From assembly GCF_040784915.1 (NCBI RefSeq), contig NZ_CP160797.1, positions 1,764,137 to 1,788,136 on the forward strand: 24,000 nt of DNA, given 5' to 3'. Position 1 is the first letter of the stretch; every line of letters begins with the position of its first letter. The translations under genes and the position numbers were made by a program. Of this stretch, positions 1 to 9,043 are shown piece by piece. This stretch comes from Bacillus vallismortis (GTDB lineage: Bacteria > Bacillota > Bacilli > Bacillales > Bacillaceae). Under the pieces are notes generated by a model, which worked only from the letters and a program-made list of their open reading frames with translations, was not told where the DNA came from and searched no databases.

Positions 1-2
1 CT

Positions 3-587
3 GTTGTGATTGAAGGCGGGCAGACCATGAACCCGAGCACTGAGGATATTGTCGATGCCGTGAAATCTGTAAATGCGGAAACAGTGTTTATCTTACCGAA
101 TAACTCCAACATCATCATGGCGGCTAATCAAGCGGCTAGTGTAATGGGTGAACAGGTTTTTGTCATTCCTGCCAAAACGGTTCCGCAAGGGATGTCGGCC
201 CTGCTGGCATTTAATCCGGATCAAGAAGCTGAAGCGAACGAAGCCAATATGCTCAGCGCCATTCAGCAAGTAAAAAGCGGGCAGGTGACGTACTCAGTCA
301 GAGATACCCATATTGACGGCAAAGACATTAAAAAAGGCGACTTTATGGGAATTCTGAATGGCACGATTATCGGCACTGCTGAAGATCAGCTGTCAGCCGC
401 GAAAATGCTGCTGTCAGAAATGATCGGAGAAGACGACGAAATTGTCACCATCCTATATGGTGAGGATGCGTCTCAGGAAGAAGCTGAGGAGCTTGAAGCG
501 TTCCTAAGTGAAAAGTACGAGGAGATTGAAGTTGAGATCCACAACGGAAAACAGCCGCTGTATTCGTATATAGTTTCTGCAGAATAG
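3..587 (+). CDS. fakA: C-terminal part of YloV/FakA, DAK2-domain fatty acid kinase subunit (truncated by left window edge)
   Basis: Frame open from the window edge (codon phase starts at base 3) to TAG 585-587. The C-terminal sequence 'VFILPNNSNIIMAANQAA...VFVIPAKTVPQGMSALLAF...VTILYGEDASQEEAEELEAF' is typical of YloV/FakA, and gene order upstream of sdaAB matches B. subtilis. Confidence 0.93.
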   Translation, partial: VVIEGGQTMNPSTEDIVDAVKSVNAETVFILPNNSNIIMAANQAASVMGEQVFVIPAKTVPQGMSALLAFNPDQEAEANEANMLSAIQQVKSGQVTYSVRDTHIDGKDIKKGDFMGILNGTIIGTAEDQLSAAKMLLSEMIGEDDEIVTILYGEDASQEEAEELEAFLSEKYEEIEVEIHNGKQPLYSYIVSAE

Positions 588-611
588 AAGGGCGATTCGC
601 CCTTCTATTCT
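586..611 (+). terminator. GC-rich hairpin after yloV, possible weak intrinsic terminator
   Basis: Perfect 9-bp inverted repeat AGAAGGGCG (586-594) / CGCCCTTCT (598-606) with a 3-nt formal loop. The following tract 'attctta' is only weakly T-rich. Confidence 0.5.
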
Positions 612-652
612 TATGTCTGCTTTTAAGTGCGGCAGCGCTGTGACGCGCCCGC

Positions 653-681
653 TTGCCATTTTATATATGATCAATTAGTCT
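653..681 (+). promoter_or_regulatory. Candidate sigma-A promoter for sdaAB
   Basis: TTGCCA (653-658), 17-nt spacer, TAGTCT (676-681), followed about 45 nt later by AAGGAGG and ATG. Confidence 0.35.
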
Positions 682-725
682 AGAAGCAAAGCGCTTATAA
701 GCTCTGGTTCATAAGGAGGAATAGC

Positions 726-1388
726 ATGAAATACAGAAGCGTTTTTGATATTATCGGACCCGTTATGATTGGTCCGTCCAGCTCGCATACGGCGGGAGCG
801 GCGAGAATCGGGAGAGTGGCCAGAAGTTTATTTGGCAGAGAGCCTGAGCGCATCATCGTATCCTTTTACGGCTCTTTTGCGGAAACGTATAAAGGCCACG
901 GCACAGATGTCGCGATTATCGGCGGATTGCTGGATTTTGACACATTCGACGAACGAATTAAAACCGCTATACAAATTGCAGAAGATAAAGGAATTGATAT
1001 AGAGTTTCGGGTTGAAGACGCTGTCCCCGTCCATCCGAATACAGCCAAAATCACCATATCTGATGAAAAGGGAGAGCTTGAGCTGACGGGTATTTCGATT
1101 GGCGGAGGAAAGATTGAAATCACAGAATTAAACGGTTTTGAACTACGGCTGTCAGGAAATCACCCGGCCATATTAGTTGTTCATAATGACAAGTTTGGCA
1201 CGATTGCCGGTGTTGCCAATGTCCTGGCGAAATTTTCAATCAACGTAGGCCATATGGAAGTAGCCCGAAAGGATATCGGCCAGCTTGCGCTGATGACAAT
1301 AGAGGTTGATCAAAATATCGATGAGCATGTTCTCGACGAACTGTCGAAGCTGCCGAATATTATTCAAGTGACAAAGATTGCTGACTAG
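726..1388 (+). CDS. sdaAB: L-serine dehydratase beta subunit
   Basis: 220-aa ORF with strong RBS ATAAGGAGGAATAGC-ATG. 'MKYRSVFDIIGPVMIGPSSSHTAGAARIGRVAR' is the SdaAB signature; C-terminal ACT-like domain. Confidence 0.96.
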   Translation: MKYRSVFDIIGPVMIGPSSSHTAGAARIGRVARSLFGREPERIIVSFYGSFAETYKGHGTDVAIIGGLLDFDTFDERIKTAIQIAEDKGIDIEFRVEDAVPVHPNTAKITISDEKGELELTGISIGGGKIEITELNGFELRLSGNHPAILVVHNDKFGTIAGVANVLAKFSINVGHMEVARKDIGQLALMTIEVDQNIDEHVLDELSKLPNIIQVTKIAD

Positions 1389-1411
1389 CGAAAGGTCAGG
1401 AGGAGCCAGTT

Positions 1412-2314
1412 ATGTTTCGTAATGTAAAGGAATTATTAGAGATTACAAAAGAAAAGCAAATATCCATCTCTGATGTGATGATCGCTCAAGAGATGGAAGT
1501 AACAGAAAAAACAAAAGAAGAGATTTTTCAGCAGATGGATCACAACCTGTCTGTTATGGAAGCAGCGGTTCAGAAAGGACTCGAGGGAGTTACGAGCCAA
1601 ACAGGCTTAACAGGCGGGGATGCCGTTAAATTGCAGGCCTACATTCGGTCAGGCAAAAGCCTGTCTGGCCCGCTGATTTTAGATGCTGTATCGAAAGCTG
1701 TTGCAACAAATGAAGTAAATGCAGCCATGGGTACCATCTGTGCGACACCGACTGCTGGTTCTGCTGGTGTGGTGCCAGGCACATTATTTGCTGTAAAAGA
1801 AAAGCTGAACCCAACAAGAGAACAAATGATCCGCTTTTTGTTTACGTCCGGCGCTTTCGGATTTGTCGTGGCCAATAACGCAAGTATTTCCGGCGCCGCA
1901 GGAGGGTGTCAGGCAGAAGTTGGATCAGCCTCAGGCATGGCGGCTGCGGCTATTGTTGAAATGGCAGGAGGAACACCCGAACAAAGCGCGGAGGCCATGG
2001 CCATTACATTAAAAAATATGCTCGGGCTCGTGTGCGATCCTGTAGCGGGGCTTGTTGAAGTGCCGTGTGTGAAACGGAATGCGATGGGCGCGTCAAATGC
2101 GATGATTGCTGCTGATATGGCATTGGCGGGCATTACAAGCCGCATTCCATGTGATGAGGTTATTGATGCCATGTATAAAATTGGCCAAACGATGCCCACT
2201 GCGCTTAGAGAAACAGGTCAGGGCGGTTTAGCAGCAACACCGACTGGCAGAGAATTAGAGAAAAAAATTTTCGGAGGAGCGCTAGGTTCACGTGAAACAA
2301 CATCAGCAAACTAG
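1412..2314 (+). CDS. sdaAA: L-serine dehydratase alpha subunit
   Basis: 300-aa ORF with RBS AGGAGG. The 'GTICATPTAGSAGVVPG' and 'NMLGLVCDPVAGLVEVPCVKRN' Fe-S cluster cysteine motifs are present. Confidence 0.96.
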   Translation: MFRNVKELLEITKEKQISISDVMIAQEMEVTEKTKEEIFQQMDHNLSVMEAAVQKGLEGVTSQTGLTGGDAVKLQAYIRSGKSLSGPLILDAVSKAVATNEVNAAMGTICATPTAGSAGVVPGTLFAVKEKLNPTREQMIRFLFTSGAFGFVVANNASISGAAGGCQAEVGSASGMAAAAIVEMAGGTPEQSAEAMAITLKNMLGLVCDPVAGLVEVPCVKRNAMGASNAMIAADMALAGITSRIPCDEVIDAMYKIGQTMPTALRETGQGGLAATPTGRELEKKIFGGALGSRETTSAN

Positions 2315-4340
2315 TATAGCTAACATTAAGGGCATTGGGCCGGAAACAGAAAAAACATTACATGAACTCGGTATTTATGACACTTCTGATCTTCTGAATT
2401 ATTTCCCTTATCGCTATGATGACTACGAGCTGAGGGATTTAGAAGAAGTGAAGCATGACGAGAGAGTCACAGTCGAAGGGAAGGTTCATTCAGAGCCTTC
2501 TCTTACCTATTACGGAAAAAAACGAAACAGGCTGACATTCAGGCTTCTTGTCGGCCGCTATTTAATCACTGCCGTATGTTTTAACCGGCCTTATTTGAAG
2601 AAAAAGCTTTCGCTGGGCTCTGTCGTGACGATTTCCGGTAAATGGGACAAGCACCGCCAAACCATCTCTGTTCAGGAGTTGAAAAACGGGCCGCACCAAG
2701 AGGATAAAAGCATTGAACCAGTGTATTCTGTGAAAGAAAATGTTACCGTCAAAATGATGAGACGCTTTATTCAGCAGGCGCTGACCCAGTATGCAGACTC
2801 GCTTCCGGATCCTCTTCCGGAAAAGCTAAAAACACGCTATAAGCTGCCGGACTATCAGCAGGCGTTAAAAATGATGCATCAGCCTGAAACAAGAGAAGCG
2901 TTAACGCTTGCAAGACGCCGGTTTGTTTATGAGGAATTTTTGTTGTTTCAGTTGAAAATGCAGGCGTTCCGAAAGGCGGAAAGAGAGCAGACTCAAGGGA
3001 TACGGCAGCGTTTTTCAAACGAAGAACTCATGAGATTTATCAATAGCCTTCCGTTTCCTCTCACTAACGCCCAGTCGCGCGTGCTTCGCGAAATAACAGC
3101 AGACATGTCTTCTCCATACAGAATGAACCGTCTTCTTCAAGGAGACGTCGGATCAGGAAAAACGGCAGTCGCGGCCATTGGGTTGTATGCTGCGATCCTG
3201 TCCGGATACCAGGGGGCGCTCATGGTGCCGACAGAAATTCTGGCCGAGCAGCATGCTGATTCGCTCGTTTCACTATTTGAAAAGTGGAATGTCAGCGTCG
3301 CCCTTTTGACAAGCTCTGTCAAAGGGAAGCGGCGAAGAGAACTGCTTGAGCGTCTTGCCGCGGGAGAGATTGATATTCTTGTAGGAACCCACGCTTTAAT
3401 TCAGGATGAGGTGGAGTTTAAGGCGTTGAGTCTCGTCATTACAGATGAACAGCACCGATTTGGAGTTGAGCAACGTAAAAAACTTCGGAACAAAGGGCAG
3501 GATCCCGATGTTCTTTTTATGACAGCCACTCCAATCCCAAGAACGTTAGCCATCACAGTGTTCGGTGAAATGGATGTATCTGTCATTGATGAAATGCCGG
3601 CGGGACGAAAACAGATCGAAACCTATTGGGTAAAACATGACATGCTGGATCGTATTTTGGCATTCGTCGAAAAAGAATTAAAACAGGGCAGACAGGCTTA
3701 TATCATCTGCCCGCTGATTGAAGAATCAGACAAACTTGATGTGCAAAACGCTATTGATGTGTACAATATGCTTTCTGACATTTTCCAAGGGAAATGGAAT
3801 GTCGGCCTGATGCACGGAAAGCTGCATTCCGATGAAAAAGATCAGGTCATGAGAGAGTTTAGTGCGAATCACTGTCAAATCCTCGTATCAACCACTGTTG
3901 TTGAGGTTGGCGTGAATGTTCCAAATGCAACCATTATGGTGATTTATGACGCCGACCGTTTCGGACTGTCACAGCTTCACCAGCTGCGCGGCCGTGTCGG
4001 ACGGGGAGAGCATCAATCGTTTTGCATTCTGATGGCCGATCCTAAATCAGAAACAGGGAAAGAGCGGATGAGAATTATGTCCGAGACCAATGACGGCTTC
4101 GAGTTGTCTGAAAAGGACCTGGAACTGAGAGGCCCGGGAGATTTCTTCGGTAAAAAACAAAGCGGAATGCCTGAATTCAAGGTGGCGGACATGGTTCATG
4201 ATTACAGAGCGCTTGAAACGGCAAGGCAGGATGCTGCGAATCTTGTGGCTTCTGACGCGTTCTGGAACGAGCCGGAATACGGTGTGCTGAGAGAGCGATT
4301 ACTGACGAGCGGAGCAATGGACGGGGAAAAATTAAGCTAG
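2292..4340 (+). CDS. recG: ATP-dependent DNA helicase RecG
   Basis: 682-aa ORF with GTG start (2292) overlapping the sdaAA 3' end by 23 nt. Helicase motifs 'LQGDVGSGKTAVA', 'DEQHRFG', 'MTATPIPRTLA' and the C-terminal 'ELRGPGDFFGKKQSG'. Confidence 0.97.
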   Translation: MKQHQQTSIANIKGIGPETEKTLHELGIYDTSDLLNYFPYRYDDYELRDLEEVKHDERVTVEGKVHSEPSLTYYGKKRNRLTFRLLVGRYLITAVCFNRPYLKKKLSLGSVVTISGKWDKHRQTISVQELKNGPHQEDKSIEPVYSVKENVTVKMMRRFIQQALTQYADSLPDPLPEKLKTRYKLPDYQQALKMMHQPETREALTLARRRFVYEEFLLFQLKMQAFRKAEREQTQGIRQRFSNEELMRFINSLPFPLTNAQSRVLREITADMSSPYRMNRLLQGDVGSGKTAVAAIGLYAAILSGYQGALMVPTEILAEQHADSLVSLFEKWNVSVALLTSSVKGKRRRELLERLAAGEIDILVGTHALIQDEVEFKALSLVITDEQHRFGVEQRKKLRNKGQDPDVLFMTATPIPRTLAITVFGEMDVSVIDEMPAGRKQIETYWVKHDMLDRILAFVEKELKQGRQAYIICPLIEESDKLDVQNAIDVYNMLSDIFQGKWNVGLMHGKLHSDEKDQVMREFSANHCQILVSTTVVEVGVNVPNATIMVIYDADRFGLSQLHQLRGRVGRGEHQSFCILMADPKSETGKERMRIMSETNDGFELSEKDLELRGPGDFFGKKQSGMPEFKVADMVHDYRALETARQDAANLVASDAFWNEPEYGVLRERLLTSGAMDGEKLS

Positions 4341-4377
4341 TTACCAGAAGTTTTCGGTGTTCAGCAAGAAACAATCG

Positions 4378-4406
4378 TTGCATTCCAATCTATGAAATTA
4401 TATACT
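4378..4406 (+). promoter_or_regulatory. Sigma-A promoter of the fapR-plsX-fabD-fabG operon
   Basis: TTGCAT (4378-4383), 17-nt spacer, TATACT (4401-4406), directly upstream of the FapR operator. Confidence 0.85.
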
Positions 4407-4410
4407 ACTA

Positions 4411-4427
4411 TTAGTACCTAGTCTTAA
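4411..4427 (+). promoter_or_regulatory. FapR operator (autoregulatory palindrome)
   Basis: TTAGTACCTAGTCTTAA, matching the known 17-bp FapR recognition element, positioned over the expected transcription start. Confidence 0.85.
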
Positions 4428-4448
4428 TTGTCCGGATGGTGTTTAGAC

Positions 4449-5015
4449 ATGAGAAGAAATAAGAGAGAACGCCAGGAATTACTTCAGCAGACGATACAAG
4501 CAACCCCCTTTATTACAGATGAAGAATTAGCGGGTAAATTCGGGGTGAGCATCCAGACAATTCGTTTGGACCGCTTAGAGCTATCGATACCGGAGCTGAG
4601 AGAAAGAATTAAGAACGTTGCAGAGAAAACGCTTGAAGATGAAGTGAAATCCCTGTCACTGGACGAAGTTATCGGAGAAATTATTGACCTTGAGCTGGAT
4701 GATCAGGCGATATCCATTTTAGAAATCAAACAGGAGCATGTGTTCAGCCGGAATCAAATTGCGAGAGGACACCATTTGTTTGCACAGGCGAATTCTTTGG
4801 CTGTGGCCGTTATTGATGACGAGCTGGCACTGACTGCAAGCGCAGACATCCGCTTTACAAGACAGGTAAAGCAGGGAGAACGTGTTGTAGCGAAAGCGAA
4901 AGTGACGGCGGTCGAAAAAGAAAAAGGAAGAACAGTTGTCGAAGTGAACAGCTATGTTGGCGAAGAAATTGTTTTTTCTGGACATTTTGACATGTACCGT
5001 TCAAAACAATTATAA
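4449..5015 (+). CDS. fapR: FapR, malonyl-CoA-responsive repressor of fatty acid and phospholipid synthesis
   Basis: Start corrected from the track's TTG 4428 to ATG 4449 ([21 protein letters not shown]). 188 aa with an N-terminal DeoR-like HTH and C-terminal hotdog domain. Confidence 0.95.
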   Translation: MRRNKRERQELLQQTIQATPFITDEELAGKFGVSIQTIRLDRLELSIPELRERIKNVAEKTLEDEVKSLSLDEVIGEIIDLELDDQAISILEIKQEHVFSRNQIARGHHLFAQANSLAVAVIDDELALTASADIRFTRQVKQGERVVAKAKVTAVEKEKGRTVVEVNSYVGEEIVFSGHFDMYRSKQL

Positions 5016-5028
5016 AGGTGGAGCATGC

Positions 5029-6030
5029 ATGAGAATAGCTGTAGATGCAATGGGAGGAGACCACGCTCCCAAAGCTGTTATTGACGGAGTTTTAAAGGGT
5101 ATAGAGGCATTTGATGATCTCCATATCACACTTGTCGGTGACAAAACAACGATAGAATCACATTTAACAACAACACCAGATCGCATCACGGTGCTGCACG
5201 CAGATGAAGTGATTGAGCCTACGGATGAACCGGTCCGCGCTGTGCGAAGAAAAAAGAACTCATCTATGGTCCTTATGGCGCAGGAAGTTGCGGAAAACAG
5301 AGCTGACGCCTGCATATCAGCAGGAAATACCGGCGCGTTAATGACAGCCGGTCTGTTTATTGTCGGCAGAATTAAAGGGATTGACCGTCCGGCGCTTGCC
5401 CCGACGCTTCCGACCATTTCAGGAGATGGATTTCTTCTCCTTGATGTCGGCGCCAATGTCGATGCCAAGCCGGAGCACCTCGCCCAATATGCCATCATGG
5501 GTTCTGTTTATTCTCAGCAAGTACGCGGTGTCACTTCACCGAGAGTCGGGCTTTTAAATGTCGGAACAGAAGATAAAAAAGGAAACGAACTGACGAAGCA
5601 GACGTTTCAATTATTAAAAGAAACAGCTAATATACATTTTATCGGAAACGTGGAAGCGCGAGACCTTTTAGATGATGTGGCGGATGTTGTAGTAACAGAC
5701 GGCTTTACCGGGAATGTTACACTCAAAACGCTGGAAGGTTCTGCGTTGTCTATTTTTAAAATGATGAAGGAAGTCATGACGTCTAATTTAACATCAAAGC
5801 TCGCGGCAGCTGTGCTGAAGCCGAAGATGAAAGACATGAAAATGAAAATGGAGTATTCGAATTATGGCGGAGCAAGTCTATTTGGCTTAAAAGCCCCTGT
5901 GATCAAGGCGCACGGCTCTTCAGATTCTAATGCTGTATTTCACGCGATTCGTCAAGCAAGAGAGATGGTCAGCCAAAATGTGGCTGCGCTCATTCAGGAA
6001 GAAGTAAAAGAAGAAAAAACAGATGAGTAG
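5029..6030 (+). CDS. plsX: Phosphate acyltransferase PlsX
   Basis: Start corrected to ATG 5029 after RBS AAAGGTGGAGC (track start 4954). 333 aa; '[20 protein letters not shown]' is the PlsX N-terminus. Confidence 0.97.
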   Translation: MRIAVDAMGGDHAPKAVIDGVLKGIEAFDDLHITLVGDKTTIESHLTTTPDRITVLHADEVIEPTDEPVRAVRRKKNSSMVLMAQEVAENRADACISAGNTGALMTAGLFIVGRIKGIDRPALAPTLPTISGDGFLLLDVGANVDAKPEHLAQYAIMGSVYSQQVRGVTSPRVGLLNVGTEDKKGNELTKQTFQLLKETANIHFIGNVEARDLLDDVADVVVTDGFTGNVTLKTLEGSALSIFKMMKEVMTSNLTSKLAAAVLKPKMKDMKMKMEYSNYGGASLFGLKAPVIKAHGSSDSNAVFHAIRQAREMVSQNVAALIQEEVKEEKTDE

Positions 6031-6048
6031 TCTGGAGGTTTTTACATC

Positions 6049-7002
6049 ATGAGTAAGATTGCATTTTTATTCCCGGGTCAGGGATCACAATTTATCGGCA
6101 TGGGGAAAGAGCTTTATGAGCAGGTCCCTGCTGCAAAGCGTCTCTTTGATGAAGCGGATGAAACATTGGAAACAAAACTCAGTTCGCTGATTTTTGAAGG
6201 TGATACTGAAGAATTAACACTTACATATAATGCACAGCCTGCTTTGCTGACGACAAGCATTGCTGTTCTTGAAAAATTTAAAGAATCAGGCATTACACCT
6301 GATTTTACAGCAGGACACAGCCTTGGTGAATATTCCGCACTGGTTGCGTCTGGCGCACTGTCTTTCAAAGATGCTGTTTATACCGTCAGAAAACGCGGAG
6401 AGTTTATGAATGAAGCAGTGCCGGCTGGCGAAGGAGCCATGGCTGCGATTCTCGGCATGGATGCTGAAACATTAAAGCAAGTAACCGATAAAGTGACGGA
6501 GGAAGGTCGCCTTGTCCAGCTTGCGAATCTCAACTGCCCCGGACAAATCGTCATTTCCGGAACAGCTAAAGGGGTAGAGCTTGCATCTGAACGGGCAAAA
6601 GAGAACGGTGCAAAACGTGCGATTCCGCTTGAAGTAAGCGGCCCGTTCCATTCTGAACTAATGAAGCCAGCAGCTGAAAAGCTGAAAGAAGTATTGGACT
6701 CCTGTGACATAAATGACGCTGACGTTCCGGTCATCTCAAACGTTTCTGCTAATGTCATGACTGATAAAGCAGAAATCAAAGAGAAGCTCATTGAGCAGCT
6801 CTACTCTCCGGTTCGTTTTGAGGAAAGCATTAACAAGCTGATTGCAGAGGGTGTTACGACTTTTATTGAAATCGGCCCCGGAAAAGTGCTTTCAGGCCTT
6901 GTGAAAAAAGTAAACAGACGCTTAAAAACAATTGCTGTATCAGATCCGGAAACGATCGAGCTGGCAATTCAAACGCTTAAGGAGGAGAATGAAAATGCTT
7001 AA
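6049..7002 (+). CDS. fabD: Malonyl-CoA:ACP transacylase FabD
   Basis: 317 aa; '[16 protein letters not shown]' and '[11 protein letters not shown]' active-site motifs. Confidence 0.97.
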   Translation: MSKIAFLFPGQGSQFIGMGKELYEQVPAAKRLFDEADETLETKLSSLIFEGDTEELTLTYNAQPALLTTSIAVLEKFKESGITPDFTAGHSLGEYSALVASGALSFKDAVYTVRKRGEFMNEAVPAGEGAMAAILGMDAETLKQVTDKVTEEGRLVQLANLNCPGQIVISGTAKGVELASERAKENGAKRAIPLEVSGPFHSELMKPAAEKLKEVLDSCDINDADVPVISNVSANVMTDKAEIKEKLIEQLYSPVRFEESINKLIAEGVTTFIEIGPGKVLSGLVKKVNRRLKTIAVSDPETIELAIQTLKEENENA

Positions 7003-7735
7003 TGACAAAACAGCTATTGTCACTGGCGCATCCCGCGGAATCGGCCGCTCAATCGCCCTTGACTTGGCAAAAAGCGGCGCAAACGTTGTCGTGAACTACT
7101 CCGGCAATGAAGCGAAAGCTAATGAAGTAGTCGATGAAATCAAATCATTGGGCAGAAAAGCAATTGCTGTCAAAGCGGATGTATCAAATCCCGAAGATGT
7201 ACAAAACATGATAAAAGAAACGCTGTCTGTTTTTTCTGCGATTGACATTTTAGTTAATAACGCCGGAATTACAAGAGACAATCTCATCATGAGAATGAAA
7301 GAAGATGAATGGGATGACGTCATTAACATTAACTTAAAGGGTGTTTTCAACTGCACGAAAGCTGTTACAAGACAAATGATGAAACAGCGTTCAGGCCGTA
7401 TTATTAACGTGTCGTCTATCGTAGGTGTCAGTGGAAATCCTGGACAAGCAAACTACGTGGCCGCAAAAGCCGGCGTGATCGGTTTAACAAAATCTTCTGC
7501 CAAAGAGCTCGCAAGCCGCAATATTACGGTAAATGCGATTGCGCCTGGATTTATCTCAACTGATATGACAGATAAGCTAACAAAAGATGTTCAAGACGAA
7601 ATGCTGAAACAAATTCCGCTCGCGCGATTTGGCGAACCTGGCGACGTCAGCAGCGTTGTCACGTTCCTTGCTTCTGAGGGAGCTCGTTATATGACAGGCC
7701 AAACGCTTCATATTGACGGCGGAATGGTGATGTAA
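6995..7735 (+). CDS. fabG: 3-oxoacyl-ACP reductase FabG
   Basis: Start corrected to ATG 6995 ([17 protein letters not shown]) after AAGGAGG; overlaps the fabD end by 8 nt. 246 aa, SDR motifs TGASRGIG and YxxxK (YVAAK). Confidence 0.97.
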   Translation: MLNDKTAIVTGASRGIGRSIALDLAKSGANVVVNYSGNEAKANEVVDEIKSLGRKAIAVKADVSNPEDVQNMIKETLSVFSAIDILVNNAGITRDNLIMRMKEDEWDDVININLKGVFNCTKAVTRQMMKQRSGRIINVSSIVGVSGNPGQANYVAAKAGVIGLTKSSAKELASRNITVNAIAPGFISTDMTDKLTKDVQDEMLKQIPLARFGEPGDVSSVVTFLASEGARYMTGQTLHIDGGMVM

Positions 7736-7791
7736 GTTTTTTTCTCGAAAATTTCATCATAGTTTCTCTAGTTTTTTAAAAACGAATCCAC

Positions 7792-7797
7792 TATAAT
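7792..7797 (+). promoter_or_regulatory. -10 element of a probable acpA promoter
   Basis: Perfect TATAAT 28 nt before ATG, in the fabG-acpA gap; the best -35 at 17-nt spacing (TAGTTT, 7769-7774) is poor. Confidence 0.6.
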
Positions 7798-7819
7798 ACT
7801 TGAGGGGAGGTGAATTGCT

Positions 7820-8053
7820 ATGGCAGATACATTAGAGCGTGTAACGAAAATCATCGTAGATCGCCTTGGCGTTGATGAAGCAGACGTCAAACTTGAAGCT
7901 TCTTTCAAGGAAGACTTAGGTGCTGATTCCCTAGATGTAGTTGAGCTTGTTATGGAACTTGAAGACGAGTTTGATATGGAAATTTCTGACGAAGATGCTG
8001 AAAAGATTGCAACAGTCGGCGACGCTGTGAACTACATACAAAACCAGCAATAA
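7820..8053 (+). CDS. acpA: Acyl carrier protein
   Basis: 77 aa with '[20 protein letters not shown]' (phosphopantetheine Ser in DSL); RBS GAGGGGAGGTGA. Confidence 0.98.
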   Translation: MADTLERVTKIIVDRLGVDEADVKLEASFKEDLGADSLDVVELVMELEDEFDMEISDEDAEKIATVGDAVNYIQNQQ

Positions 8054-8059
8054 GCTGAT

Positions 8060-8100
8060 GCTAAAAGTCCCGCCGAAACGCGGGGCTTTAGCCCTTTATT
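8060..8100 (+). terminator. Intrinsic terminator/attenuator after acpA
   Basis: Imperfect stem GCTAAAAGTCCCGC-CGAAAC-GCGGGGCTTTAGC (8060-8092) followed by cctttatt. Confidence 0.6.
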
Positions 8101-8192
8101 CGTGCAGTTATTACAGCATGCCGCTTTTACGCGCGCTGTATCCGGTTTAGTCAGAGAAGCGCGGTGAACCTGATGTGCCTATGGAGGTTACT

Positions 8193-8942
8193 ATGTCAAA
8201 ACACTCACATTATAAAGATAAAAAAAAGTTCTATAAAAAAGTAGAACAATTTAAAGAGTTTCAAGAACGGATTTCGGTTCACTTTCAAAATGAAAAGCTT
8301 TTGTATCAAGCATTTACACATTCATCTTATGTGAATGAGCATCGGAAAAAGCCGTATGAAGATAATGAAAGGCTTGAATTTTTAGGTGACGCTGTTTTGG
8401 AACTGACCATCTCCAGATTCTTATTTGCCAAGTACCCGGCTATGAGTGAAGGAGATTTGACGAAATTGAGAGCCGCGATTGTATGCGAACCGTCTCTCGT
8501 TTCATTGGCTCACGAACTGTCATTCGGCGACCTTGTCCTATTGGGTAAAGGTGAGGAAATGACAGGCGGAAGAAAGCGTCCCGCTCTATTGGCGGATGTT
8601 TTTGAGGCATTTATCGGAGCCTTGTATCTTGATCAGGGATTAGAGCCGGTCGAAAGTTTCTTAAAAGTCTATGTGTTCCCTAAAATTAACGATGGTGCTT
8701 TTTCTCATGTGATGGATTTCAAAAGCCAGCTGCAGGAATACGTGCAGCGGGACGGCAAAGGCTCTCTGGAGTATAAAATCTCCAACGAAAAAGGGCCTGC
8801 GCACAACCGTGAATTTGAAGCCATCGTATCTCTAAAAGGTGAACCACTCGGAGTCGGAAACGGCCGTTCAAAGAAAGAAGCCGAACAGCACGCTGCTCAG
8901 GAAGCTTTAGCTAAATTGCAAAAACACCATACGAGACAATAA
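8193..8942 (+). CDS. rnc: Ribonuclease III
   Basis: Start corrected to ATG 8193 ([13 protein letters not shown]), just after GGAGGTT. 249 aa; RNase III signature '[14 protein letters not shown]' and C-terminal dsRBD. Confidence 0.96.
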   Translation: MSKHSHYKDKKKFYKKVEQFKEFQERISVHFQNEKLLYQAFTHSSYVNEHRKKPYEDNERLEFLGDAVLELTISRFLFAKYPAMSEGDLTKLRAAIVCEPSLVSLAHELSFGDLVLLGKGEEMTGGRKRPALLADVFEAFIGALYLDQGLEPVESFLKVYVFPKINDGAFSHVMDFKSQLQEYVQRDGKGSLEYKISNEKGPAHNREFEAIVSLKGEPLGVGNGRSKKEAEQHAAQEALAKLQKHHTRQ

Positions 8943-8972
8943 AATCCCCCTTATCATTCAGGGGGATTTCAG
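8942..8972 (+). terminator. Hairpin overlapping the rnc stop region, possible intrinsic terminator
   Basis: AAATCCCCC (8942-8950) / GGGGGATTT (8961-8969), perfect 9-bp repeat with a 10-nt loop; short T run. Confidence 0.6.
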
Positions 8973-9043
8973 TATGTATGCCGTCTTATTTCATCCATGT
9001 TTTATGATAGAATTGAAATACTTATTACATAAGGAGGATCGCT

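Noticed and set aside
5010-5498. 162-aa minus-strand ORF opposite plsX
   Set aside because: Antisense shadow of a highly conserved gene, low-complexity Ser/Pro-rich composition, no RBS and no recognisable domain.
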